Below, one piece after another: positions 1 to 10,430 of a stretch of DNA of 64,000 bases. Made by a program: the position numbers and the translations under genes. Under the pieces are notes generated by a model. It worked only from the letters and a program-made list of their open reading frames with translations, ran no database searches and was not told where the DNA came from. The stretch is from an uncultured Bacteroidales bacterium (lineage in GTDB: Bacteria > Bacteroidota > Bacteroidia > Bacteroidales > DTU049), in assembly GCA_964388575.1 (NCBI GenBank), contig CAYMAZ010000008.1:1821-65820 (forward strand). The letters are read 5' to 3'. Numbering within the stretch: position 1 is the stretch's first letter; the number at the start of each line of letters is the position of its first letter.

Positions 1-1396
1 GGATGTTAATAACAACTCCGGGAAACCTGAATATCAAATCGTTACTTTTGATCATTGAGTTGAGAAAGGCAAGGCCTCTGGCCTTCCCACCTAAAGATCC
101 CTGTCCTATTCTTGAAAAAATCAGATATTTACTAAACCGGTCTCTTTCAAAATCTGCAATGACTCCTCTTGCCTTATGGTAACGATATTTTGCAATACTA
201 TCAAACAAAAACCGTCTAACTTCATCAACATCGGTAAAATCATCTGCATGAATCTGTCTGAAGAGTGAAGCGATTGGAAACAAAGCTCTCGCTCTGAGCC
301 ATTTTGAAAAATGATTGTGGCTGATATGATATTGAAGTGATTGATCAGGAACTTCAAATATTCTTTGTTGTAATTCCTGCAGATCTCTTGCACGGATCAA
401 TTCAGATTTGTCCTCAGGATCAACAAAAACAAAATCACCAAAAGCTAGATATTGGTTGATAAAGTTTTTAAGTTCAACCAAAAGGGTTTTGGAGTATTTA
501 TGAATAAAACTGACATTGCATTTTTCTGCATATTCAGCATTTTTAAGATCCGATGACTGGAGCAGAAAAGGCAACTCAGGATCATCCTTTCTAACATATT
601 GACAGAATTTAAATCCAGCTATCGGATCTTTCATGCCACCACTTGAAAAACTCATATCTGAAATAACACCGAGCAGGTTTTCCTTGTACTTATTATACAC
701 TGCCATTGCTTCATCCAATGTTGTGGCAAGGAGAATTTTTGGTCTTCCTCTCATACGAAGCATTTGCTGGTGTTCATTGATCCCTTCTGTCATAAACTCC
801 TTTGACTGAACAAAAACAATCTTGTAAATACTTGGTAAATAACTGGAATAATAGCGGACCGAGTCTTCAACAAGCAGAATTGCCTGAACACCAACCTGAT
901 GAATATCATAATCAGCATTCATTTTATCTTCGATCAGTTTAATGATGGCCACCAGAATACTCGAGTTTCCGAGCCAGCAAAACACATAGTCAATAAAATT
1001 ATATTCTTCAATTTTAATTTTTGTTGTTACTTCTCTGGAAAACGGAGTGAGCACAACCAAAGGTATTGATGGATATTTGTTTTTAATTTCCTCAGCCAGT
1101 TCAATTGGATTGACTTCTGCAAGATTGAGCATTGTAATGACAAGGTCAATTTTTTCTTCCCGAAGCAGTTTGAAAGCATCTTCAGAAGTTGATGCCTGAA
1201 AAAATATTGGTGGATAGCGCAAATTCAGTGCAACATATTCATTAAATACCTGCTCATTGATTCTTCCGTCCTCTTCCAGAATAAATGCATCATAATTACT
1301 GCAAATCAGTAGCACATGACGAATTCGTTTCTGCATGAGTACATCAAATGATGTGTCTGAAAAGAAAAAATTGGTCAGATCAAGTTTATTTTCCAT
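1..1396 (-). CDS. Receiver-domain / PPDK-N-terminal (ATP-grasp, PEP/pyruvate-binding-type) protein; C-terminus lies beyond the window edge; paralog of 1468..4905
   Basis: My own minus-strand translation from ATG 1394-1396 stays open to position 1: MENKLDLTNFFFSDTSFDVLMQKRIRHVLLICSNYDAF...AILLVEDSVRYYSSYLPSIYKIV...GVISDMSF...GQGSLGGKARGLAFLNSMIK. It is collinear with the 1145-aa neighbour (RVILVVEDEPSYFSRYLPLLYKIV...LISDVKF...GSIGGKGRGLAFINTLL). It is missing from the ORF track, most likely because it has no stop codon inside the window. Confidence 0.8.
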   Translation of the reverse strand, partial: MENKLDLTNFFFSDTSFDVLMQKRIRHVLLICSNYDAFILEEDGRINEQVFNEYVALNLRYPPIFFQASTSEDAFKLLREEKIDLVITMLNLAEVNPIELAEEIKNKYPSIPLVVLTPFSREVTTKIKIEEYNFIDYVFCWLGNSSILVAIIKLIEDKMNADYDIHQVGVQAILLVEDSVRYYSSYLPSIYKIVFVQSKEFMTEGINEHQQMLRMRGRPKILLATTLDEAMAVYNKYKENLLGVISDMSFSSGGMKDPIAGFKFCQYVRKDDPELPFLLQSSDLKNAEYAEKCNVSFIHKYSKTLLVELKNFINQYLAFGDFVFVDPEDKSELIRARDLQELQQRIFEVPDQSLQYHISHNHFSKWLRARALFPIASLFRQIHADDFTDVDEVRRFLFDSIAKYRYHKARGVIADFERDRFSKYLIFSRIGQGSLGGKARGLAFLNSMIKSNDLIFRFPGVVINI

Positions 1397-1415
1397 ATCC
1401 GGTGAGAAATTTTAT

Positions 1416-1423
1416 CAAATTTA
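1416..1423 (-). promoter_or_regulatory. Putative Bacteroidetes sigma-A -7 box (TAAATTTG)
   Basis: Exact TAnnTTTG match on the minus strand, 19 nt upstream of ATG 1396, in the 71-nt spacer between the two paralogs. Confidence 0.45.
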
Positions 1424-1467
1424 AAACTTTTTTTATTGTGATGAGCAACTTATCAGATGAGCTGTCA

Positions 1468-4400
1468 TTATTTGACCATAACAACAGTAATCCGTTTTTT
1501 CCCATCCATCCTCACCGGAACAGGTTCAGGAAACCGAACATGTTTAAACCAGGTTGTTTCATTTATTACCTCCTGTTTTTCAAGAATTTCCCATGCAATA
1601 AAACTTCGAAAAGCTTTATGTTGAATGGAGCAGTATCCCACGTTCATAGAAGTGACATTATGAAAGAAATGCGACCCCATAGATGCATCTAGGGGAAAAT
1701 CTTCAAGACTTGTTTCTACAATAAGTTTTGCATTACTTATCTGAGGCCAGTTGACCGGGATTCCAATAAACCTGTCTCGTGTTCCCCATCTTCCCGGACC
1801 GATCAGAATGTATTTCACATTCTCATCTATCATCTTCCTGTTCAACGCTTCGATTTCGTCTGCCATCACCATCGTTTGTGTTTTGTCAAAAATGTCTCTT
1901 TTAATATAAATTACATCCTGAATGTTTTCAATTTTGCCGTTCCCCATACTTTTTTCTGCATATAACAAAATTTCTTCTTTTTTCAAATCTGAAAGATTGA
2001 TTTCATAATCTTCATTAGATCCAAGAAGTGGCTTGATCTGCAAAAGATAAAACGAAGCTTTTAAATCCTTGTCTCTGTTGATGTCAACTGCAAATTCAAT
2101 TTCAACTGGCGCACCCATGGCTTCCTCTACAATCTGCAAAATCACTTCAATTGTTTTTGCAAGGGGAATGTAATTATATTTGAGAATATTACTAAAATTT
2201 ATTACTCGTGGGCCGTCTTTTGTGATACCGGGAATCATGGTCCCAGATTCCATGTCATAGACAGATGCCAGATGTCTTAAATTTCCGTGTTTTTCAGCAT
2301 CGTAAATATCAAGTTTTGCAAGAGAAGCCAATTCCCCTTCAAGTAAATCAATCTCATGTTTATTGAGATCAAGAGCCAGAAAATCAACCTGACTATTTTT
2401 GTATTGATCTTTGGGGCTCAGAATTTCAGTTGTCGGATATTTTGGTGAAAATCTGTAAGCCTTATCTCCCTCAACGACATATTTTCCAAGTCCGAGTGCG
2501 AGCACAGCAAACCCTTCTTCGGGCTGCATATGTGCAAACGGATAATAATTGTATGATTGTGCCACCCCACTGATATGAGGATAAAAATATGAATCAAATT
2601 TATTGCCCACAACCTCCTGAATCACGACTGCCATTTTTTCCTGCTCAATCTTATAATTCACAGCCTGAATATACCCTCTGGCCATTGAAGAAAAGACAGA
2701 TGCAAAAACGAGCTTAATGGCATCTGTCAGCTGCTTAAGACGTGCATCAAACGAAGGACTGGAATTTGAAATCAGGTAGGTTTCAAAGATTCCAGCAAAG
2801 GGTTGTCTGATAGAATCTTCAAACAAACCGCTTGATCTTACAGCAATTGGTTTTGTAACAAGTTTTAATAACCGCTTCAGTTTTTTCAACAAACCCTCAC
2901 TCAGATTTGCATTTAAAAAAGTCCTTTTTATGATTTCGTAGTCATTTTCATGCATAACCAAATCAAGAAGTTGATTTTTTTCCATGAAGAAATCGAACTC
3001 ATCTGTTCCTATAAAACAAGTCTTGGGTGTTCGGAGATTGATGTTTGGAATTATTTTGCTGAGGTCAAAGGAATACAATAATGTGTTAATAAATGCAAGT
3101 CCTCTACCCTTTCCCCCAATAGAACCAGAAGCAAGACTCAGAATATTTCCTTCTTCAAGCTGTTCAAAATCATCGAAAGGCATAATTTTTCCCTTATCCT
3201 GTTCATTTCTATGCGTTTTAATGATCTTCAGCAAAAACTCCCTGATTTCCTGTGCAGAAGTGAAGTCGGACACCCGTTTTGGCCCCAATATTTTTGCAAC
3301 ATGAATTTCACCACGAGCCATCAACCATAGTGAAAAATGATTTCTTTTGGCATGATAGAGCAATGAGTCATCAGGAATATTTCGAAGCTGAAATTCAAAT
3401 TCTTTCAGGGAACGTGCGACAGCAAGCTCTCTACCATCAGGACTGCGGTAGACAAAATGGCCAAAACCAAGATAATGCCTGATAAAACTCATGATATCAG
3501 CAGAAAGCGTTTCACTGTTCTTGTCAATAAATGTTGTTTTCAGTTCATAGGCACGATTGGCATTCTGAATATCAGATGATTGGATGATGACGGGAAGTTC
3601 CGCATTATCATTCCGAACCTGCTCCACAAGTTCGAAGCCCGCTGTTTCATCCAAAACTCCGTTTTTAAAGAATTTGACATCAGAGATCAGACAGAGCATA
3701 AATTCCTTAAACTTGGTATACAAGTCCATTGCTTCTTCATAACATGATACATGAAGAATTTTTGGTCTTCCCCTTAATTTTAATACTTTGTAAAGTTCAT
3801 CTGTACTTACATCATTGATGATGTCTCTGGTCTGTTCAAGAACGATTTTATAGAGCAAGGGTAGATAACGGCTGAAATAGCTCGGTTCATCCTCAACCAC
3901 AAGAATAACTCTGACCAATCCAAGACGTGTGTCATTTTCCACATTGACCATATCTTCAAGCTGCTTGATCATTGCAAAAAACAAATTTGGCATGCCATTC
4001 CACACAAACATTTTATCAAAATAAGGAAGTTCATTTTCTTCAATTTCAAATTCATCATCCACATTTGCATTCAATAGGAAAAAAATGGGAATGTAGGGAT
4101 ATTCACTTTTAATATCTTTACTCAATATTTTGGGAGTTCTGGTATCATTCCCTATCATATAAATAATGAGGTCATAATGTTTGGAACGCAGTTTTTCGAA
4201 CACTTCCTCAGGAGCAGAAACTGCAGTGATACGCGGAAGAGATGTCAGATTCATCTGCTGATATTCACCAAGAACGTGTTCTGCAATGTGCCCCTCTTTT
4301 TCAAGACTATAAGCATCGTATAATGTTGAAATCAATAATATTTCACGAACTTTGAAAGGCATCAGATCATGAAAAACATCTCTGTTATAATTCAGTTTTG

Positions 4401-4905
4401 CCCAATATTTTTCCAGAAGAAACATATTATCCTTTCCGTCACCTCTGTTAATGTCTCTTGCTTTTTCCTCATCTTCCTGAACTTTTGCAAAAACCTGTTT
4501 TGCTTTCTGACTGTTGAGAAACCCAATGACAATAGACGAGAGGTTTCCGAGCAAATCTTCTTCTTCTTTCAAAAAGGGGCCATTATCAGCATCCGGAAAA
4601 TCTTTTGTATAAAAGACTTCTATGATGCCCTGATAATTGTCTATGGTTTTAAAATTCTTGCAAAGCTTCCATTTGGTCTCATGAAACAAATGTGTTTTGT
4701 ACTCATTCTCCATAAATCTGATTCTTGCAACGGCGTGTTCAGGATACTGCATTGCATTTGGCAGAATCAGGCAGATATTATGCATTGTTTCATCAACAGA
4801 CTTATTTTCTCGTATGATAGCAGTTGTTTTGTTGATGGCATTTAATTCTTTAAGTCTTTCACGGCTCTCGTGTATCAGCTTTTCCAGATCCTGTTTTGAT
4901 TCCAT
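1468..4905 (-). CDS. GAF-like sensor + two receiver-like domains + PPDK-N-terminal ATP-grasp protein (likely to be named PEP synthase, but lacks the swivel-His and PEP-binding domains)
   Basis: 1145-aa ORF. N-terminal sensor module: LKELNAINKTTAII...PNAMQYPEHAVARIRF...IEVFYTKDFPDADNGPFLKEEEDLL. Receiver-like segments: REILLISTLYDAYSLEKEG; RVILVVEDEPSYFSRYL...LISDVKF. ATP-grasp hallmarks: GSIGGKGRGLAF, VRSSGLFED, GPGRWGTRD. I found no TSHAA-type phosphohistidine motif. Confidence 0.8.
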   Translation of the reverse strand: MESKQDLEKLIHESRERLKELNAINKTTAIIRENKSVDETMHNICLILPNAMQYPEHAVARIRFMENEYKTHLFHETKWKLCKNFKTIDNYQGIIEVFYTKDFPDADNGPFLKEEEDLLGNLSSIVIGFLNSQKAKQVFAKVQEDEEKARDINRGDGKDNMFLLEKYWAKLNYNRDVFHDLMPFKVREILLISTLYDAYSLEKEGHIAEHVLGEYQQMNLTSLPRITAVSAPEEVFEKLRSKHYDLIIYMIGNDTRTPKILSKDIKSEYPYIPIFFLLNANVDDEFEIEENELPYFDKMFVWNGMPNLFFAMIKQLEDMVNVENDTRLGLVRVILVVEDEPSYFSRYLPLLYKIVLEQTRDIINDVSTDELYKVLKLRGRPKILHVSCYEEAMDLYTKFKEFMLCLISDVKFFKNGVLDETAGFELVEQVRNDNAELPVIIQSSDIQNANRAYELKTTFIDKNSETLSADIMSFIRHYLGFGHFVYRSPDGRELAVARSLKEFEFQLRNIPDDSLLYHAKRNHFSLWLMARGEIHVAKILGPKRVSDFTSAQEIREFLLKIIKTHRNEQDKGKIMPFDDFEQLEEGNILSLASGSIGGKGRGLAFINTLLYSFDLSKIIPNINLRTPKTCFIGTDEFDFFMEKNQLLDLVMHENDYEIIKRTFLNANLSEGLLKKLKRLLKLVTKPIAVRSSGLFEDSIRQPFAGIFETYLISNSSPSFDARLKQLTDAIKLVFASVFSSMARGYIQAVNYKIEQEKMAVVIQEVVGNKFDSYFYPHISGVAQSYNYYPFAHMQPEEGFAVLALGLGKYVVEGDKAYRFSPKYPTTEILSPKDQYKNSQVDFLALDLNKHEIDLLEGELASLAKLDIYDAEKHGNLRHLASVYDMESGTMIPGITKDGPRVINFSNILKYNYIPLAKTIEVILQIVEEAMGAPVEIEFAVDINRDKDLKASFYLLQIKPLLGSNEDYEINLSDLKKEEILLYAEKSMGNGKIENIQDVIYIKRDIFDKTQTMVMADEIEALNRKMIDENVKYILIGPGRWGTRDRFIGIPVNWPQISNAKLIVETSLEDFPLDASMGSHFFHNVTSMNVGYCSIQHKAFRSFIAWEILEKQEVINETTWFKHVRFPEPVPVRMDGKKRITVVMVK

Positions 4906-5127
4906 ATATTATGAATTTTGCATTGTAAAAATAAACATTTCATTTCGTAGCTGTTTCCAAATATTTTAAATTTTTACATTTTTAAGTAATCAAAATATCT
5001 GCATTCCGTAAAACACTTAATGTGGTCAGTAAATCACTCAGACAGCAGGTCATGAATTCACATAATTTCGAAAAATTGCTTCATTTTTCGGACTCTGAAA
5101 ACAAGCATCACAAAAAATTTGATATAA

Positions 5128-6498
<1,371 letters not shown>

Positions 6499-6521
6499 TG
6501 CTTTTGTCTTAAAGCTTAAGA

Positions 6522-6550
6522 GGCTGTCAGCATCATGACAGCCTTTTTTT
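6522..6550 (+). terminator. Rho-independent terminator of gdhA
   Basis: Perfect 8-bp stem ggctgtca (6522-6529) / tgacagcc (6536-6543), 6-nt loop, then T7 (6544-6550). Confidence 0.85.
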
Positions 6551-6734
6551 AATGAGCTACATATCCGTTTTCAATGTATACATTTATAAATTTTCATCAC
6601 ATTATTTTAAGTTTACATTAAAATAACAGACATGATTCTTTTTATGAATGTTGCATGATTTTTGATCATTACAGGGTTTATTTCAAAATATTAGTGAAAC
6701 AAATTATTTAAATCAAATTTATGAAATAAAATTT

Positions 6735-6742
6735 TAATTTTG
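6735..6742 (+). promoter_or_regulatory. Putative -7 box (TAATTTTG) for the ECF sigma operon
   Basis: Exact TAnnTTTG match 45 nt upstream of ATG 6788. It overlaps the TTG (6740) used by the ORF track, which argues for the ATG start. Confidence 0.4.
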
Positions 6743-6787
6743 CTGAATTCAGGAACTCCAGGAGAAATCGAAAAGTTAAAAAATCAA

Positions 6788-7381
6788 ATGTATCAGATTG
6801 AAACAGACAATCTGGAATTTATCAGAAAAGGTGATAAAGCTGCTTTCGAAAAAATATTCAGAGATTTTTATGAAAAACTTTGTTCCTTTGCGAACAGCTA
6901 TGTCTTTGATATTAATGAAGCTCAGGATATTGTTCAGGATCTGTTTTTTCATATCTGGGTGAATAGGGAAAAATTTCCAAAGGAGATTTCCCTGAAAGCA
7001 TATCTTTTCACTTCAGTGAAAAACAGGTGTCTGAATGTTCTGAAACACAGAAAAATCTTGAGAAAACATTCTGAAAGTGTCCTTTCAGAGCAATCACCAA
7101 ACAGGTATGACGTCGAATTTCCTGAACCGGATGAATTACATGAAAAAATAAGAAAGACCATCGAACTTCTACCCCCGGAAAGAAGAAAAATTTTAATCAT
7201 GAGCAAGTTCGACGGCTTCAAATACAGGGAAATTGCTGAAAAGCTGAATATTTCAGTAAAAACCGTAGAAAATCAGATGGGAAAAGCCCTGCAGTTTTTG
7301 CGTGACCAGCTTAAAGACGAACTGTCTGTCTTGTTGTTTTTATACGGAATGATGACATTATTAAAGTATTTCAATTTATGA
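6788..7381 (+). CDS. ECF (group IV sigma-70) RNA polymerase sigma factor
   Basis: Region 2 (AQDIVQDLFFHIWVNREKF) and region 4 helix-turn-helix (ERRKILIMSKFDGFKYREIAEKLNISVKTVENQMGKAL). Start moved from TTG 6740 to ATG 6788. Confidence 0.9.
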   Translation: MYQIETDNLEFIRKGDKAAFEKIFRDFYEKLCSFANSYVFDINEAQDIVQDLFFHIWVNREKFPKEISLKAYLFTSVKNRCLNVLKHRKILRKHSESVLSEQSPNRYDVEFPEPDELHEKIRKTIELLPPERRKILIMSKFDGFKYREIAEKLNISVKTVENQMGKALQFLRDQLKDELSVLLFLYGMMTLLKYFNL

Positions 7382-7474
7382 TAGGGGAAAAACGAAATCT
7401 GGTTGTAATACAATATGAAAGAAATCTAGTTGTGATTTCTATGCGTGATTTTATAATTCAAACAACTGCACATC

Positions 7475-8515
7475 ATGAATGATCCGGTTCAACCTTTAGC
7501 TGCCGAACTTCTTGCTTCATACCTTGCCGGTGAGATCAGCAGTGAAAAAGCCATGGCTGTTGAGAGCTGGATTGATTCATCTCCGGGGAACAGGCAATAT
7601 TTTGAAGAATTCAGAAAAATCTGGATTGAAACCGGGAAACTGAATCCCCCACCCTTATTTGTTAACGTTGATCAGGCCTGGAACTCGCTATCAGAAAGAA
7701 TTGAATCATTTGAAAAAACAGAAACCCCATCTGCCATTTCTGCAAACCAGTTTATCTTTACACGAGGTTTAATTTTACGCATTGCTGCAATAATAATGAT
7801 CCCTCTGCTATCTGTTTTCGGATATCTGATTGTCAGAAATACTTTGAACAAGGGCAAAACAAATGAACTGTTTGCCACCTCAGCGACAGTGAAAAAAGAC
7901 CTCCCGGACGGATCTGTTGTCACACTGAATGCACATTCGGGTCTGTCCTATCCGGAGAAATTTTCAGGAAAATTGAGGGAAGTAACAATGCACGGGGAAA
8001 TTTTCTTTGAAATCAGTCCTGATAAGGAAAAGCCATTTAAGGTATTTGCTGATAACGCTGAAATTATTGTTACCGGAACAACATTTAATGTGAGGTCATA
8101 TGCAGATGAGCCTGAAATTGTAGTATATGTGGAAAGCGGTAGGGTCATAATGAAAGTTGGAAACAGAGATTCAGGTCAAACGTCATCCGTAACACTGGAT
8201 GCCGGAGATAAGGGAATTTATCACAAAACAACACAGATACTTGAAAAAACCACACTCACTGTGGCAAACGATCTGTTCTGGCTCAACAATACCCTGAATT
8301 TCATCAGAACACCTCTGCCTGAGGTCATTTCAGTTATTGAGAAAAACTATAAAGTGACCATTGAACTCAAACAGGAACATTTCAAAAACCTTCGGTTATC
8401 ATCCTCGTTCACCAACCAGCCGGTTGACTCAATTCTACAAATTATCGCAGGCACTTTTGATATGAAACTGAATAAGAATGGAACACACTATATCCTGGAC
8501 AACAATGACAGGTAA
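7475..8515 (+). CDS. FecR-family transmembrane anti-sigma factor
   Basis: 346 aa. N-terminal anti-sigma segment, one TM helix (LILRIAAIIMIPLLSVFGYLIV), a periplasmic FecR-like core (GEIFFEI...FKVFADNAEIIVTGTTFNV) and a DUF4974-like C-terminus (LPEVISVIEKNYKVTIELK...DSILQIIAGTFDMK). Confidence 0.88.
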   Translation: MNDPVQPLAAELLASYLAGEISSEKAMAVESWIDSSPGNRQYFEEFRKIWIETGKLNPPPLFVNVDQAWNSLSERIESFEKTETPSAISANQFIFTRGLILRIAAIIMIPLLSVFGYLIVRNTLNKGKTNELFATSATVKKDLPDGSVVTLNAHSGLSYPEKFSGKLREVTMHGEIFFEISPDKEKPFKVFADNAEIIVTGTTFNVRSYADEPEIVVYVESGRVIMKVGNRDSGQTSSVTLDAGDKGIYHKTTQILEKTTLTVANDLFWLNNTLNFIRTPLPEVISVIEKNYKVTIELKQEHFKNLRLSSSFTNQPVDSILQIIAGTFDMKLNKNGTHYILDNNDR

Positions 8516-10313
8516 ATTGCATAAACATATTCTATACAGTTCAATTATTCTGTTGTTTCAGACATGCTGTTATGCACAGGCGTATCCGCTTGCAAAAAAG
8601 ATCACAATTCATATTCAGAATCAGTCAGTAGAGAACGTTCTGGCTTCAATCAGCCGGTCGGCAGATGTTGTTTTTTCGTACAATTCGGATATCATCCCGC
8701 TTGATTCATTTGTAACAATCAGGTACGAAAACACAGAAATCCAGAAGATACTGAACAACCTGTTTCCAAATCGTTATACTTACAAAACTTCAGGCAAATA
8801 CATCATTATACAAAACAAAAAAGTCATTTCAAAAGAGAATAAGCAAACTGAATTACAGGTTAAAGGGAGAATCATGGATTCAGAAACCGGAGATGCATTG
8901 GCAAATACATCAGTGTACAGTATTTCAGGGAAAGAGGAAATACTCACCGATTCGTCCGGTGGATTCACGCTGACAGTCAGACCCGGTGATGAAGACTTGT
9001 TTATTGCTGTGAACAATGAACATTTTGAGGATACACTTTTACTTATACCTTCGGCACATTCTGATTCTCTGGTCATCAGACTGAGGCCAAAAACCCTTCT
9101 TGATTCAATCAGACAAAACCTGAAACAGCTGGATATTGGAAAACCCTTCAAAAAATTGGGAATTTCATCCCTTTTTGTCAGGAAAGACATGATGACACAT
9201 GCCAGGAATATTGATTACTTTACACAGCGGCCGGTCCAGATATCATTTCTTCCGTTTGCCGGAACAAATTACAGGCTGAGCGGTTCGGTATCAAACATAT
9301 TTTCCCTGAATATTATTTCGGGCTACTCTTATGGTGTGAACGGTTGTGAAATCGGTGGTGTGCTCAATATCAACAGGGGTTTTGTAAGAGGGTTTCAGGC
9401 TGGCGGATTCGGGAACATTACCGGGGGAAAGACAAAGGCTGTTCAGGCAGCAGGATTCTTTAACCAGAATATGGGAAGCGTCAGTGGAGTTCAGTTTGCC
9501 GGATTTTACAACATGACCACAGATACTTTAAAAGGAATGCAGGCTTCTGGATTTGCAAACGTTGCAGGCGATACTTCGGCCGGAGCTCAGTTTGCAGGAT
9601 TTGCAAACGTTGGAGTAAAGACATTTTCAGGAATACAGATCGCAGGATTTGCAAATATTGTATCACATGACATAAAAGGTTTACAAATAAGCGGTTTTAC
9701 AAATGTCACAGGAAAAACATTACAGGGTATACAAATTGCAGGATTTCTCAATTATGCAAAAAAGGTTGAAGGTTCTCAGATCGGATTGATTAATATTGCT
9801 GATAGCGTATCCGGGCTATCCTTCGGCGTTTTCAATCTCATCTTAAATGGATTACACCAGTTTTCAATACATTTCAGCGAAACAGGCTGTAGTAGCCTGA
9901 GGCTGAGCCTTGGAACACATCATTTTTATTCAGTATACGGAATTCATCTGATGCCCGTTCAAGGGTCACTCGTACCTGGTTATGAATACGGATTCGGGAC
10001 GTACCTTTTTCATAAATCTAAGCTGAATCTCAGCATTGATGCCGGAGCGACCTACTTTCCCACAAATAAAATGCAGAATTTTGATGATTTTCTTATTTCA
10101 AAAATATCAGCAGATCTGAATGTCAAAATTTCACACCATCTGGCCATTTTTGCCGGGCCAACATATTCAGTCCATATTTCAGAAGACAAAAGTACTGATC
10201 CTGCAACGATACCGGACAATCTTATTTTTAATGTAAATATGAGAAAAGAATACGGTCATTACATGTCTACAGGGTGGTTTGGACTGCAGGCTGGTTTAAA
10301 ACTGGCATTCTAA
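8505..10313 (+). CDS. STN + carboxypeptidase-regulatory-like N-terminal extension fused to 16-residue GFxN repeats and a short C-terminal beta-barrel-like segment (no plug or TonB-dependent barrel recognised)
   Basis: Signal peptide (MTGKLHKHILYSSIILLFQTCCYAQA). STN-like segment: ITIHIQNQSVENVLASISRSADVVFSYNSD...ILNNLFPNRYTYKTSGKYIIIQ. CarboxypepD_reg-like segment: VKGRIMDSETGDALANTSVYSISGKEEILTDSSGGFTLTV. Then the repeats, with the protein ending ...WFGLQAGLKLAF. ATG 8505 overlaps the FecR stop by 11 nt; an alternative ATG is at 8478. Confidence 0.75.
   Translation: MTGKLHKHILYSSIILLFQTCCYAQAYPLAKKITIHIQNQSVENVLASISRSADVVFSYNSDIIPLDSFVTIRYENTEIQKILNNLFPNRYTYKTSGKYIIIQNKKVISKENKQTELQVKGRIMDSETGDALANTSVYSISGKEEILTDSSGGFTLTVRPGDEDLFIAVNNEHFEDTLLLIPSAHSDSLVIRLRPKTLLDSIRQNLKQLDIGKPFKKLGISSLFVRKDMMTHARNIDYFTQRPVQISFLPFAGTNYRLSGSVSNIFSLNIISGYSYGVNGCEIGGVLNINRGFVRGFQAGGFGNITGGKTKAVQAAGFFNQNMGSVSGVQFAGFYNMTTDTLKGMQASGFANVAGDTSAGAQFAGFANVGVKTFSGIQIAGFANIVSHDIKGLQISGFTNVTGKTLQGIQIAGFLNYAKKVEGSQIGLINIADSVSGLSFGVFNLILNGLHQFSIHFSETGCSSLRLSLGTHHFYSVYGIHLMPVQGSLVPGYEYGFGTYLFHKSKLNLSIDAGATYFPTNKMQNFDDFLISKISADLNVKISHHLAIFAGPTYSVHISEDKSTDPATIPDNLIFNVNMRKEYGHYMSTGWFGLQAGLKLAF
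9339..9843 (+). repeat. In-frame 48-nt (16-residue) tandem coding repeat array, about 10 units
   Basis: Units read from the translation: AGFFNQNMGSVSGVQF / AGFYNMTTDTLKGMQA / SGFANVAGDTSAGAQF / AGFANVGVKTFSGIQI / AGFANIVSHDIKGLQI / SGFTNVTGKTLQGIQI / AGFLNYAKKVEGSQI ... Confidence 0.85.
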
Positions 10314-10343
10314 AATAATCATAAGTTATTTTTTAAAAAAATT

Positions 10344-10380
10344 CCTATTCAGATAAGAATCCAATAGGGGTATTTTTTTT
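10344..10380 (+). terminator. Possible weak intrinsic terminator or attenuator between the STN protein and its paralog
   Basis: Stem cctatt (10344-10349) / aatagg (10363-10368), extendable with two G-U pairs. 13-nt loop, then T8 (10373-10380). Confidence 0.35.
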
Positions 10381-10430
10381 CTGAGTTGTTATTGATAAGA
10401 TTACTCAATTATTCATTAATAACAATTACA

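Noticed and set aside
121-393. 90-aa minus-strand ORF from the six-frame track
   Set aside because: It lies in a different frame inside the edge-truncated PPDK-N-like CDS (1..1396). That CDS frame is supported by collinear similarity to the neighbouring paralog.
1348-1692. 114-aa plus-strand ORF spanning the gap between the two PPDK-N-like genes
   Set aside because: It is antisense to both well-supported genes, has low-complexity F/K/N-rich composition and shows no recognisable motif.
5069-5090. Hairpin cgaaaaa / tttttcg in the gdhA 5' region, considered as a regulatory element
   Set aside because: The stem is 7 bp and almost entirely A-T, so it is easily produced by chance in this composition. 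No conserved motif is recognised.
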